IMG/VR virus record: IMGVR_UViG_3300042691_032685
Coordinates: 5,530-69,529 of that record
Length of the DNA: 64,000 nt
Direction: 5' to 3' (one strand)
Source of the DNA: a virus
Below the pieces are notes generated by a model. It saw only the letters and a list, made by a program, of their open reading frames with translations. It did not search any database and was not told the origin of the DNA. Of the stretch, positions 19,338-28,796 are shown piece after piece. How positions within the stretch are numbered: position 1 is the first letter of the stretch; every line of letters starts with the position of its first letter. The position numbers and the translations under genes were made by a program.

Positions 19338-19921
19338 CAGTATTTGCTGTAGGCGCTCGCCGAGAAGATGCTGAAATGATTACCAGCAGTGACTTGGCGT
19401 CTTCTGCTAATGCTCTGCTGGGCGGCATTGATTTAGATGTTGCCAGCTCAAAAGTTGCAAACGAGTACGTCGGTGCAAAGCAGTTCTACTCTCCGTCTGA
19501 TGACGGATTAAATTGTCAACCGTGGTTTGGAAAGGTCTACCTTTTCCCACCAAGTGGTTGTTACTTTTGGGACAAGAAGAGTGATCGCTGGAAGATGACG
19601 CGTTCTTCTGCAATCACTTTGACATCTTCTCATGCGGTTTGGTTTCGTCGTTTGTATCGGGAATGGATGGCTGGAGAAGTAGAGCAAGGTCTTTACTTCA
19701 CCAACTGCCCCGACATGATTCGTTACGAACAGAAAATCTTTGATTTTCCCATGTGCATTTTGAAAACTGCACCCTTTTTGCTGCGGCGAATCGGAGATGA
19801 AGTAAAGAAACACAAAACATGTACCTCATTTTTGGTGTATCTACCGCCAATGGACGATGTGACTGCAGCCACCGAACGTTTTATCGACATCTACTCGGAA
19901 AAGGGGCGTATTCTTTGTTGA
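19334..19921 (+). CDS. Phage Dam-like N6-adenine methyltransferase homologue with degenerate catalytic motif
   Basis: IDLDVASS, YSPSDDGL...WFGKVYLFPPS (NPPY position). Confidence 0.65.
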   Translation: MTVFAVGARREDAEMITSSDLASSANALLGGIDLDVASSKVANEYVGAKQFYSPSDDGLNCQPWFGKVYLFPPSGCYFWDKKSDRWKMTRSSAITLTSSHAVWFRRLYREWMAGEVEQGLYFTNCPDMIRYEQKIFDFPMCILKTAPFLLRRIGDEVKKHKTCTSFLVYLPPMDDVTAATERFIDIYSEKGRILC

Positions 19922-19954
19922 TTTCGGTATACTGAAGGACGATTACAGGGAACC

Positions 19955-20542
19955 ATGAGCGTCCTAGCCGACTGGGAGATTAAGCAACTTGCGGAAGAAG
20001 AGCAGATGATTGAGCCCTTTGTTGATCATTTGATCAATAAAGAAGATGGACGCAAGCTCCTTAGCTATGGCTTAAGTTCTTACGGCTACGACATTCGCCT
20101 TTCTCCTACACAATGTTTAATCTTTGGCAAGGTACAGGCTGGGGATTGTGATCCAAAGGATTTTGATCCAGACATTTTGAAGCCTGCAGATCTTTTGGAA
20201 GACGAGAGGGGACAATATTTTCTTCTGCCCCCATACGGCTATTGTCTTGGGGTTGCGCAAGAACGGTTAAAACTTCCTCGCGACGTTACTGTCGTTGCAG
20301 TAGGAAAATCAACGTATGCACGTTCCGGTATCCTGGTAAATATCACGCCAGCTGAAAGCGGATGGGAAGGCTATCTAACACTGGAGATCAGTAATTGCAC
20401 TGGTCTTTTCAACAGGATCTATGCCAATGAAGGAATCACACAGCTTCTCTTCTATCGAGGCAATCCATGCCATGTGACTTATCAAGACCGCAAGGGTAAA
20501 TACCAAGACCAACCAAGTAACGTGGTGTTTTCCCAGGTCTAA
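19955..20542 (+). CDS. dcd: dCTP deaminase
   Basis: SYGLSSYGYDIR, GKSTYARSG, PAESGWEG. Confidence 0.95.
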   Translation: MSVLADWEIKQLAEEEQMIEPFVDHLINKEDGRKLLSYGLSSYGYDIRLSPTQCLIFGKVQAGDCDPKDFDPDILKPADLLEDERGQYFLLPPYGYCLGVAQERLKLPRDVTVVAVGKSTYARSGILVNITPAESGWEGYLTLEISNCTGLFNRIYANEGITQLLFYRGNPCHVTYQDRKGKYQDQPSNVVFSQV

Positions 20543-20910
20543 AATCCCTTGCCAAATTGAGCTGCTGGTTTACGGGCGTATCCAACACTACCGGTGCGCC
20601 CACCGGAATCACCTGTTGAAGGAAGCTCGGTTCCAGCAATCACAGCTTGCGTGCGTGGCGTCTTTCCACGAATGGTTGGTTCGTCGATACTAGCCCTCTG
20701 CTGGTACGCGCCAGCTGTCTTTGCTGCTCGCATGAACTTTGCAACACGTTCCTGGTTGCGATTCAAAGATTCAGCTGAGAAGCGCTCGACAGGTTCGACG
20801 CGACGTAGGTCGGTATCGTATGCCTGTTCCGGTCTTAGGTCGGAAACTTCAGCTCCGGACGTACCAGAGTTGTTCCTAGGATCGTAAGTAGACTGGAATA
20901 TGTTTGCCAT
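20539..20910 (-). CDS. Hypothetical protein
   Basis: ORF with TACAAT box upstream. Confidence 0.55.
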   Translation of the reverse strand: MANIFQSTYDPRNNSGTSGAEVSDLRPEQAYDTDLRRVEPVERFSAESLNRNQERVAKFMRAAKTAGAYQQRASIDEPTIRGKTPRTQAVIAGTELPSTGDSGGRTGSVGYARKPAAQFGKGF

Positions 20911-20949
20911 CTTATTATTGTAAAAGAAGTGAATCAATCAACTGTCGTG

Positions 20950-21291
20950 ATGCATTCCGCCGCAGGCTTTCTAGATAGCTTTGTTCAAGACGAACTGAAG
21001 TGCCGTTATCTTGATGAAGAAGATTTTGGTGCTCCTCTCGATAATGAAGAAAATGATGTACCCTTATATGACATGTACAACAGAGGTTTAGTTGCATGCG
21101 AACAGGGACTCGAAAGGAATCCGTTGAATCTCGAGGGAGCACGGCCTGGAATGACGGGTTACATTCCGTCGATGGAACAGGGCTTAGCAATGGGAGCATC
21201 ACCAAAACCCCGGACCCTGGTTTTGGAACTGGAGGAGCCGGAGGAAAAGGAACGGACGCTGTCGGCAAAACGACGTGGTTTACTCCGGTAG
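20950..21291 (+). CDS. Hypothetical protein
   Basis: ORF. Confidence 0.5.
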   Translation: MHSAAGFLDSFVQDELKCRYLDEEDFGAPLDNEENDVPLYDMYNRGLVACEQGLERNPLNLEGARPGMTGYIPSMEQGLAMGASPKPRTLVLELEEPEEKERTLSAKRRGLLR

Positions 21292-21623
21292 AAGACATAA
21301 TTCCTAGTCTTCTTGAGGAAAACACATTGCAGTTAAGTGAGTGTCCAGGTGGTGTGTGCCCAGTTCCCTGGGCCACCAAAGAAGAAACTCCTGTGGTCCA
21401 AGAAGATACAGTTAATCATCCATCTCATTACACAGATGGTGGTATTGAATGTATCGAGGCTATTGAAGCAGCTTTAACCAACGAAGAGTTTCGTGGTTAT
21501 TGCAAAGGAAACTGCATCAAATATATTTGGCGTGAAAAACTGAAAGGCGGTACGGAGTCACTGAAAAAAGCGCAGTGGTACTTGGATCGCCTTATCCAAC
21601 TAGACGAAGCTCAAAAGGGCTGA
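21096..21623 (+). CDS. DUF3310 protein (T7 gp1.7-like nucleotide kinase); start uncertain
   Basis: DTVNHPSHY...IECIEAI...GNCIKYIWR..KGG.E.LKKAQWYL. Confidence 0.85.
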   Translation: MRTGTRKESVESRGSTAWNDGLHSVDGTGLSNGSITKTPDPGFGTGGAGGKGTDAVGKTTWFTPVEDIIPSLLEENTLQLSECPGGVCPVPWATKEETPVVQEDTVNHPSHYTDGGIECIEAIEAALTNEEFRGYCKGNCIKYIWREKLKGGTESLKKAQWYLDRLIQLDEAQKG

Positions 21624-21901
21624 AGATCGTCTTCGTCCTCGTCCTCGTCGTCGTATGTACATGCGGCGGCGAGTTCTGCTAGCTCAAGATCCGTAGGGAA
21701 ATCAAAGTCAATAGAAACGTTCTCGTCTTCCATCAAGGATTTGATTGCGTACCATTCCATAAGTCGCTGGTGGTACAGATTCAGCAAAGCGTAATACAGC
21801 TCATCCCACGTCATCTCTTGCGCCGTGAGTTCTGCTTTACGCATCGAGAATTGCAGCTCAAGAGGAAGCTCGAACTCCCGTGGTTCAACAGACCGTTCCA
21901 T
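21611..21901 (-). CDS. nblA: NblA-like phycobilisome degradation adaptor
   Basis: ELPLELQFSMR...QEMTWDELYYALLNLYHQRLM matches the NblA two-helix pattern. Confidence 0.7.
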   Translation of the reverse strand: MERSVEPREFELPLELQFSMRKAELTAQEMTWDELYYALLNLYHQRLMEWYAIKSLMEDENVSIDFDFPTDLELAELAAACTYDDEDEDEDDLQPF

Positions 21902-21931
21902 TCCGCTTTGCACGTTTTCAATGCAATTATT

Positions 21932-22606
21932 CTAATCGTAGCCGTCAAATGTCATAATGCGTGCATCTGCTTCCATGAGATCAAAGTCCATCCAAGGGTT
22001 TTCATCGATTCGGAAGTTGTTGGCAAACTCGGAAAGGATGTAAGGACTGATGCGTTCTTCCAGTGAACGGATAGCACGGACTTCGTGGGGAGCGGCTGTG
22101 TAATTACGGAACGCTGTCAACAAGATCTCAGTTGAGGCCCAAGGATTAGCGTCAACTTCCTGGAGGAAAAGATTCATTTCTTCTCGCCGTCTATCCAGGA
22201 GGCCGCCAACAACCTTATGGTCTTGGTCAAAGATCCAACGACCCATTTCTTCGGTGGCACCAGAGAAATTTTCAACCTCTAGGTAGTCAATGACGCGACT
22301 ATAGAGGAATGGCTCCCAGCCGATGGAATGGATGAAAGACACAAGTGCCTGGCGCATGCTGTCATCGAGTCCCAGGTTCAAGCGAAGCAACTGAACTTCG
22401 ATGACGTTGACCTCATGGAAGAGGTACTCTAAAGCCTTCTCCTGGCTGCAACGCTGGCCTTTCTTGACGGGTGAGCCATCGGGGTAGAACTGTGTCCCAA
22501 ACCCGATGGTATAGGGCTCTGCACCTGTGTGCGGATCTGGGTACGCCTTCTCGTTAAACCCTTCGTATTTACGAATGAGATTAACAGCACGCGAAAGATC
22601 CGACAT
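21932..22606 (-). CDS. GH24 phage lysozyme with C-terminal extension
   Basis: IRKYEG...AYPD...TIGFG, ALVSF, GLLDRRREE. Confidence 0.9.
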   Translation of the reverse strand: MSDLSRAVNLIRKYEGFNEKAYPDPHTGAEPYTIGFGTQFYPDGSPVKKGQRCSQEKALEYLFHEVNVIEVQLLRLNLGLDDSMRQALVSFIHSIGWEPFLYSRVIDYLEVENFSGATEEMGRWIFDQDHKVVGGLLDRRREEMNLFLQEVDANPWASTEILLTAFRNYTAAPHEVRAIRSLEERISPYILSEFANNFRIDENPWMDFDLMEADARIMTFDGYD

Positions 22607-22642
22607 AGGGGTAACAATTATTACCCCTAATATACATAATTT

Positions 22643-22765
22643 TTATTTACCTTGGCCCCTCATTTTTTTACGGCCATGATTAGCTAAAGAATTGCGACCC
22701 TGGCCTTGTCTTGTTTTCTTGGGTTTGGACTCAAGACGGACTGTGGTTGATTTGGGTTTTGCCAT
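22643..22765 (-). CDS. 40-aa very basic peptide
   Basis: MAKPK...KKTRQGQGRNS...KKMRGQGK; manual translation. Confidence 0.6.
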   Translation of the reverse strand: MAKPKSTTVRLESKPKKTRQGQGRNSLANHGRKKMRGQGK

Positions 22766-22803
22766 GCTGGTAAAGAATCAGCTCACGCAGTTTAGCGAGA
22801 AAA

Positions 22804-23103
22804 TCACCACTTGACTTTATGGCTCCAGTAGCGAGCTGACATCTTATCAGGGTTGGGATCTTGAGCGTTATGGCGGGCGTAGTACGAACGCTTACGGGCT
22901 TTATCCTTTTCCGTCTTGGGATTCTTTCCGGCCCCTTCAACGCCTTGCTGACCGAAACGAATGATCTTCTCCTCTCCTCCTTCGCATGCTTTGACGACGT
23001 GACTCTTGGTCGGATGGCTTGGAGTCCGTTGAGGTTTGTTGCATGCCATTTTGTCTTTGGCAATTTTTGCCGCCTTGGCTGCTTTTTTACGTTGCTCCGC
23101 CAT
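22804..23103 (-). CDS. Small basic phage protein
   Basis: KIIRFGQQG...RKRSYYARH...SARYWSHKVKW. Confidence 0.7.
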   Translation of the reverse strand: MAEQRKKAAKAAKIAKDKMACNKPQRTPSHPTKSHVVKACEGGEEKIIRFGQQGVEGAGKNPKTEKDKARKRSYYARHNAQDPNPDKMSARYWSHKVKW

Positions 23104-26084
23104 TAACTAAATCCTTTAAAGAATGAAGTAAATTCGCCGAGAATTTTCTGTCCAGTCTTAGACTTGTAATCCTCGTCTTCTTTGTCGTCTCCAAATATAT
23201 TAAAATAACTAGGCGCAGAAGTTGCCTCTGTTGTAGTTTTTGCTTGATCAACTTCATCATCAAACAAACCCTGAATAGAAGTCAACGCTGCAAACGGATC
23301 TCTACTTGTCAGCCCGGCGTAAGCTCCTCCGAGTTGTAATCCTTTTTGACCTTGAGTCAATAACTCCATTTCACCTCGATCAATATCTGTCATAAAGTTG
23401 GTGTAAAACTCATCTTCACTCCCTTGGTAACCAGCGTTTTTGAAGATCTTATAAAGCTCCGTTTGATTTGGTGAGTCAGTAGGCTTGTAATCTTCTGGAC
23501 GCTCAATATATTCAACACCAATCCTCTCTTGTGTAGGCCTTAATTTCTTCTCATTTAAATACTTAATTGTCTCTCGTATTTCCTTGGCGGCCCCTGTGCG
23601 AAACGCATCGATAATATATTGTTTAACCTCTTCAACACCCATCTCTTTCCCGCTAAGTCCCAGGGTTTCCAGAAGCTTGTCCCACTGTTCTTTTTGCTGG
23701 TCTGGACTTAAACCTTCTAAAAGCTTGTCAGCATATTCTTCTGGCGTAACAAAATTCAAGAATGTGATGTCACCTATCTTTAATTTTTCATCACTGATTT
23801 CTGGAATAATTTTCTCTTGGATATAATCTTCTGCATCTTTTAATGTGATTAAATCTTTTGCAGGGTCAAATCCGTTAGCTGCACCTTTGACTTGATAGTG
23901 GAGTTTGGCAAATTGATTTTTATCATTCGGATCAAGTCCGTAATAATAAGCCCATTGGCTCCAGGTCCAATCAGTACCTGGTACTACAGTTGTGTTCCCT
24001 GCAGTTTTGGCAGCTTCCCAGTCCTTAGCTAGCTCATCTTTTTGTTGTTGATATCGAGTAATTTTGGGGTCATCTGCACTAAAGTTTCCAGTCGGATCCC
24101 AATAAAAATTAACATCGAAATTTAATGGGTCTTTACTTCTTACACCATCAAGATAAGCTTTCGCTCTTACGTCTGCAATATCACGCAAAGAATCTAGAGC
24201 GCTTTGTGTTTGAAAAACGTTCTGCTCGTTTTGTTTTACGTCCATATAACTGACGAATTCAGTCATGGAACGAGACGTGTCAAATCGTGGCTTCAAGTAA
24301 CGATCAATATAATCTTTAGCAAAAGCCGCATCAACGTTATATTCAATTGATGGGTCCAGGGGGTCTTTAACTGTTAGTCCTCCTTCGTATCCTTTTACTA
24401 ATTGGTTATCAAACCACTGTTGCCAGTTGTAAATAGTATTGCTTCGGCTAGGAATACCTGTTGCTTTAGACAGAGAAGCTTCTAGACTTTCTTTTGCTTT
24501 CTCTGGATCCCCACTAAAACCAAGGATCCCACCAAAGCCAGAATCACCCAAGATCGAATTGGATAAGCTCTCATTCAACGAAACAATTTCATTGAATCCT
24601 TCCAAGCCTTTGTAAAATTCAAACTGTCGTTCTTGGAGCTTCATCTTCTGAAGCTGTTCTGCAGCCTTTTTTAAAGAGTCTTGTGTCAGTGCTCCAAAGA
24701 CTTGTTGTTGCTGTTTTTCTTTAGCGCCCAAGACTGGGCTTAGTGTTCCTTCCAGGATTGTCATGCCCTTATCCATGACAATCTGACTACGCAAACGATC
24801 AGGAATGTTGTCTAATGTTGGAACGGGTAATGTTCCGGCATCGTATTCTTTCTTTTGATCAGAAGGAAGACTGTTATACCATTCTTTAAGAACGGTTGGG
24901 TCTTGTGCATCCGCCCAATCTTTTAAGTTATCAAAACGATCAGCAAGACCTAAAACTCTGTCCCGATAAAGTTGGTAGTCCGAATCAGTTAAATACTCAC
25001 TGTATTGCTCCGGTAGACCAGCAAGCTCAGCTGCATTTCCGCGTTCACCAGCGGCTTTCCCTTGTGTGGTGTAATACCAATGCAGGTACGTATCTCTGTT
25101 GTACCGACCAACAACATCTAGATCAGGTAGATATTGATCACCAACATTAACGGAAGCTTGTGCATTATTCCATTGATTTAAAGCTTCTCCTCCCCCTCTG
25201 GTATTAAGCCTGTAATAGTCAGGATCAAAACCACCTGTTGGAGGCTGAGCGCCTAATGCCATGCTATCCCAGGCGCTGACCTTGTTGCCTGCGTAATAAC
25301 CAGACAACGTATCGAGATCACCGCTGCTAACCAAGTCACCGAAAGCCTGTGGCGTTAAGGATGCCTCCAGGCCCTCCATTAATCCTTTGTAGTTACCACC
25401 AGTTGATTTGTTAAAAACTTTGATGATGTCATTGAAATTTTGCTGGAGACCAGTGCCAACTGGTGAGCCGATACCTTCGTACTCAGCTAAACCAAGATTG
25501 CCATTTTCATCAAGAGTAAACTTTGGTCCAGGAAGAATTCGTGCCTCATTTTTGCCACTTTGTTCCCAGTGCTGTTGGCCCCAGCCATCCGGTCCATCTA
25601 CGGCAACAACTTTTCCATCAGATTTCTGAAAGACGTTTGGAATATAACTATCTCCATACAGCTGCGAATGGCGTATTACATATTGACTGCTGTTCCAAAG
25701 AACGGTATCTAACGCATTGAAAGGAACTTCTCTATTTTCTTTTTGTCCATTGCTTTCGTAATGAGCTTTACCCCAAGCTGCTTTATTGTTGTTGTAAGCT
25801 TTTCTTAAATTAGCGTCTGAGTTCCAGGCATTATCAAGATCTGATGGACCATCAGAAGGTTGCCATACAGAACTACCGCCTGTCCAGACGTAATGTTCCC
25901 AGTTTCTGTTGTTGGCCCTTGCGTTTTGAAAGTCTTCTAGTGTTCCAGCAAGTTGATGATATACATCCTGACGCAGTGGATTAATGACACTGCGCCCTTG
26001 AGAATTAGTCGTATCTCTGTTTTGTGCATTAAAAGAATCTACAAGATCCTGGTATAACCCAACGTAATCACCAAATACAGCCAT
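23103..26084 (-). CDS. Large virion-associated protein (function unknown)
   Basis: 993-aa ORF in the late region. Confidence 0.7.
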   Translation of the reverse strand: MAVFGDYVGLYQDLVDSFNAQNRDTTNSQGRSVINPLRQDVYHQLAGTLEDFQNARANNRNWEHYVWTGGSSVWQPSDGPSDLDNAWNSDANLRKAYNNNKAAWGKAHYESNGQKENREVPFNALDTVLWNSSQYVIRHSQLYGDSYIPNVFQKSDGKVVAVDGPDGWGQQHWEQSGKNEARILPGPKFTLDENGNLGLAEYEGIGSPVGTGLQQNFNDIIKVFNKSTGGNYKGLMEGLEASLTPQAFGDLVSSGDLDTLSGYYAGNKVSAWDSMALGAQPPTGGFDPDYYRLNTRGGGEALNQWNNAQASVNVGDQYLPDLDVVGRYNRDTYLHWYYTTQGKAAGERGNAAELAGLPEQYSEYLTDSDYQLYRDRVLGLADRFDNLKDWADAQDPTVLKEWYNSLPSDQKKEYDAGTLPVPTLDNIPDRLRSQIVMDKGMTILEGTLSPVLGAKEKQQQQVFGALTQDSLKKAAEQLQKMKLQERQFEFYKGLEGFNEIVSLNESLSNSILGDSGFGGILGFSGDPEKAKESLEASLSKATGIPSRSNTIYNWQQWFDNQLVKGYEGGLTVKDPLDPSIEYNVDAAFAKDYIDRYLKPRFDTSRSMTEFVSYMDVKQNEQNVFQTQSALDSLRDIADVRAKAYLDGVRSKDPLNFDVNFYWDPTGNFSADDPKITRYQQQKDELAKDWEAAKTAGNTTVVPGTDWTWSQWAYYYGLDPNDKNQFAKLHYQVKGAANGFDPAKDLITLKDAEDYIQEKIIPEISDEKLKIGDITFLNFVTPEEYADKLLEGLSPDQQKEQWDKLLETLGLSGKEMGVEEVKQYIIDAFRTGAAKEIRETIKYLNEKKLRPTQERIGVEYIERPEDYKPTDSPNQTELYKIFKNAGYQGSEDEFYTNFMTDIDRGEMELLTQGQKGLQLGGAYAGLTSRDPFAALTSIQGLFDDEVDQAKTTTEATSAPSYFNIFGDDKEDEDYKSKTGQKILGEFTSFFKGFS

Positions 26085-26422
26085 TAGCACTCACCAAAAA
26101 TAAAAACTGATTCTTGCTTGATCCAGGCTTCAATCCTACCAAGAGTTTCAGGAGAAAAGAATGCTTGTTTCTCAAACCAATTCCTCATATCCTCTGACCC
26201 CTTGTGAGCATTACAACGACGACAGCAAGGAAGGAGATTGTGACGGTTGGAAGAACCTGATTTAAACCTTGGAACAATATGATCCAGGCTTGTTGCGGTG
26301 TCGCCGCAATATCCACATTTGTGATTCCAGGCTTGGTATATACTTTCTCTAAATCGTTTCTTTGCAAGTTTTGGTGTTAATTCAACTAGCAGGGCGAGGG
26401 GCTCGTGCTCGTTGCAAAACAT
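26084..26422 (-). CDS. HNH endonuclease
   Basis: CGYCG...DHIVP..KSG...NLLPCCRRCNAHK. Confidence 0.9.
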   Translation of the reverse strand: MFCNEHEPLALLVELTPKLAKKRFRESIYQAWNHKCGYCGDTATSLDHIVPRFKSGSSNRHNLLPCCRRCNAHKGSEDMRNWFEKQAFFSPETLGRIEAWIKQESVFIFGEC

Positions 26423-26506
26423 GCTATTTAATTGCCGTTGATTTATTCTAATTTCCCCTTACAATTTCCATCGCAAAGAAAAGAGATAAAACTTTTCTTA
26501 AATCCG

Positions 26507-26534
26507 TTGACAGGCCCTTGACTCAGGATAAGGT
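26507..26534 (+). promoter_or_regulatory. Possible sigma70-type promoter
   Basis: TTGACA-16 nt-TAAGGT upstream of HTH gene. Confidence 0.35.
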
Positions 26535-26558
26535 ATATGAGTAACGACCGCCACTTCA

Positions 26559-26777
26559 ATGGCTAAGCATCCAGGTTGGGTCTCTGCCCAGCAAGCAGAA
26601 GAGCTTTTGGGCATTGACCGCAAGACTCTCTTCAAGTACCGCGACAACGGCACCCTAAAGCTAGGCCCCCACTTCGCGGCATTCCCGGAGACTCGTTCCA
26701 GGGACAGCTATCGTTGGAATGTAAAAGCCGTCAGGAAACACCTGCAAAAGCAGGGTATGATGCCGATTGCTGCTTGA
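26559..26777 (+). CDS. Excisionase-like HTH protein
   Basis: WVSAQQAEELLGIDRKTLFKYR...LGPHF...YRWN. Confidence 0.7.
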   Translation: MAKHPGWVSAQQAEELLGIDRKTLFKYRDNGTLKLGPHFAAFPETRSRDSYRWNVKAVRKHLQKQGMMPIAA

Positions 26778-27153
26778 TCTGCCTATAGTGATTCTTACGG
26801 ATTCTATGGGCAAGGACTAAGTCAGTAATGTTGAGTTCAACGTTCTGAAAAGCCATTGCTTCATAGAGGGATGAGCAAAGGGACGATAAGCAGCTCTGCA
26901 GGGTGCGGGGCTGCTTTTCTTTTAGGCTGAAAAGAACTGCCCACTGTGGATGAAAAGGGCGAACGACACGTTTCTTGCTGGAGACAGAGATGGAAGCATC
27001 AGGCCCCCAGTCAAGATTGCAAAGCTCTTCCGGCTTAAGGCCATAGGTAGCAACCATGCCATAGAGCCAGGCAATGTCTTTTGTTTTTCTGCTGGATGCT
27101 AAGCGGAAATACTCATCCACAATCCGCTGATCCAGGGGCGGTTGGTGGGTCAT
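26731..27153 (-). CDS. Truncated tyrosine-recombinase-like protein, catalytic residues degenerate
   Basis: WLYGMVATYGLKPEEL, VRPFHPQW, TDLVLAHRIR; ends before the Tyr region. Confidence 0.65.
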   Translation of the reverse strand: MTHQPPLDQRIVDEYFRLASSRKTKDIAWLYGMVATYGLKPEELCNLDWGPDASISVSSKKRVVRPFHPQWAVLFSLKEKQPRTLQSCLSSLCSSLYEAMAFQNVELNITDLVLAHRIRKNHYRQIKQQSASYPAFAGVS

Positions 27154-27264
27154 TAGTCGTATGAGCTGAGTGCCCGAACCATATCGAACGGTGGGGACTA
27201 CTCGCAAGGGCTAAAGGAATCCTTAATAAGTCTTGTGAGACTTATTATAAGTATACCTTAATTG

Positions 27265-28794
27265 TTATGGTTTGTAAGGAAACCCATCTTTATCAAACAT
27301 CGTAAAGCCTTGCATCACAATGAATTGTGTCGGCACATTAAATAGTTTTTGCATCATTGGCATCATCATGGGCGATTGACAGTTATATGGTGGTACGTCC
27401 ATTTGGGATAAAGAGAACCTATTTAAGATTGATGATTTAAGCTCTTGTTGTTCGTTTTCTGTTTGGTCAACAAGACGTTGTTCCCATGCAGCCATACTTC
27501 CGACACCTACTGGGAAGTCAGAAGGTTCAGGCGGGAATGTATTGTCTGCAAACTTAAGTGCATAAATATGTTTGCAGTATCTCAACTCATCAAGCAATGG
27601 CTCCCAGTTATCCGTTAATGACGTGACAACATTCTGGTCACTTGTGTAGTCTTCATACGATGGCATGCCATCTGCTGTTGTGCCCGGTATGGCAGGGGTT
27701 CCTGTTTTTCTTGTGTACGTAGCGCCAAAGTCGCGATAAACACCTGGATTATCACGTGTTGCGTTGCGGTCTACCACAGATGGAGCAACGTTAAAGGGAA
27801 CGGTATAACCACTAGGACCATAAACCGTCATTTGTCTATTCACGGACGCAACAGTCATCGCACTGTTGTTCAAAATTCCAGCCAGTGTTGTTCTTTCGTA
27901 TCGACCAGGTTTGATAGAAGATGCTCCACTACGTGGATACAACTTACGCACTGATTTTGTAATGTCACGTATGAAAGCAAAATCACGATGCGTAAAGTCC
28001 TGGCAGGAACAACAGAAACGTGCGCCTGTAATTAGGAAACGACCAACAGTAAAAGGTTGTGGTGCTGGAGAAATGTACTGTTTGTCAGGTGTGTTTTGAA
28101 CTGAACCTGACTTGCGTACAGTCAATACACCAGTGAATGGATTGGTGGCAACCAAAACAGCTTGCGTATAGCCATATCTCTTTTGAGTTTGAGGATTGAT
28201 CGTATCGCGATCAATAATCTCACCACTAACAGTAATAACCCTATCCTCCAGGATCTCACTATTCAATGGTGTCAATCCACCTGGCACGCCAGGAACAGCC
28301 ACGTAGAAAGGAGGTGGCAATGGATTGCTTGTGCTCCAGGAGCCAGCGAGTTTTACATACCAGTAAGTTGCGTCTTCTGTGATTGATTCAATGAATAAAC
28401 GTTGACCACTACTTGGATCAAGTAGCTTGTCACTACGCATTGAACCGGCATATCGCCAGCCTGCCCAATGCATTCCCATCTCTTTATTCTTGGTTGGGAA
28501 ACCAACAAAGGTACCGGAGATAATAGGAGCTGGATTTGCTACTGAACTTGGTGTTCCAGATGGAACAGGAATCTGGTATTGAAACGGATAGTTATAGCTG
28601 TTGTCATAGAACGTAGCCGTAGCTAATTCGTATCCTCTGCGCCAACGAGACCAGGCTGATTCTCTGTTGACAGCATAAAGGGAGTCTGGTACAGACCCCC
28701 GTGAGAACTCAGTCGTAATCGGCTTTACAGGGCGGGGATCAAAAACTTCCGCCCGATTGAAGTTTCCAAAAGAGCTTCCACTCTTTTTGGCCAT
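27265..28794 (-). CDS. Late/virion protein with split SWIM-like Zn motif
   Basis: FCCSCQDF ... YCKHIYA. Confidence 0.6.
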   Translation of the reverse strand: MAKKSGSSFGNFNRAEVFDPRPVKPITTEFSRGSVPDSLYAVNRESAWSRWRRGYELATATFYDNSYNYPFQYQIPVPSGTPSSVANPAPIISGTFVGFPTKNKEMGMHWAGWRYAGSMRSDKLLDPSSGQRLFIESITEDATYWYVKLAGSWSTSNPLPPPFYVAVPGVPGGLTPLNSEILEDRVITVSGEIIDRDTINPQTQKRYGYTQAVLVATNPFTGVLTVRKSGSVQNTPDKQYISPAPQPFTVGRFLITGARFCCSCQDFTHRDFAFIRDITKSVRKLYPRSGASSIKPGRYERTTLAGILNNSAMTVASVNRQMTVYGPSGYTVPFNVAPSVVDRNATRDNPGVYRDFGATYTRKTGTPAIPGTTADGMPSYEDYTSDQNVVTSLTDNWEPLLDELRYCKHIYALKFADNTFPPEPSDFPVGVGSMAAWEQRLVDQTENEQQELKSSILNRFSLSQMDVPPYNCQSPMMMPMMQKLFNVPTQFIVMQGFTMFDKDGFPYKP

Positions 28795-28796
28795 GA

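Noticed and set aside
26731-27153. Evidence of an integrated prophage
   Set aside because: Integrase appears non-catalytic and no host genes or att-flanked junctions are visible
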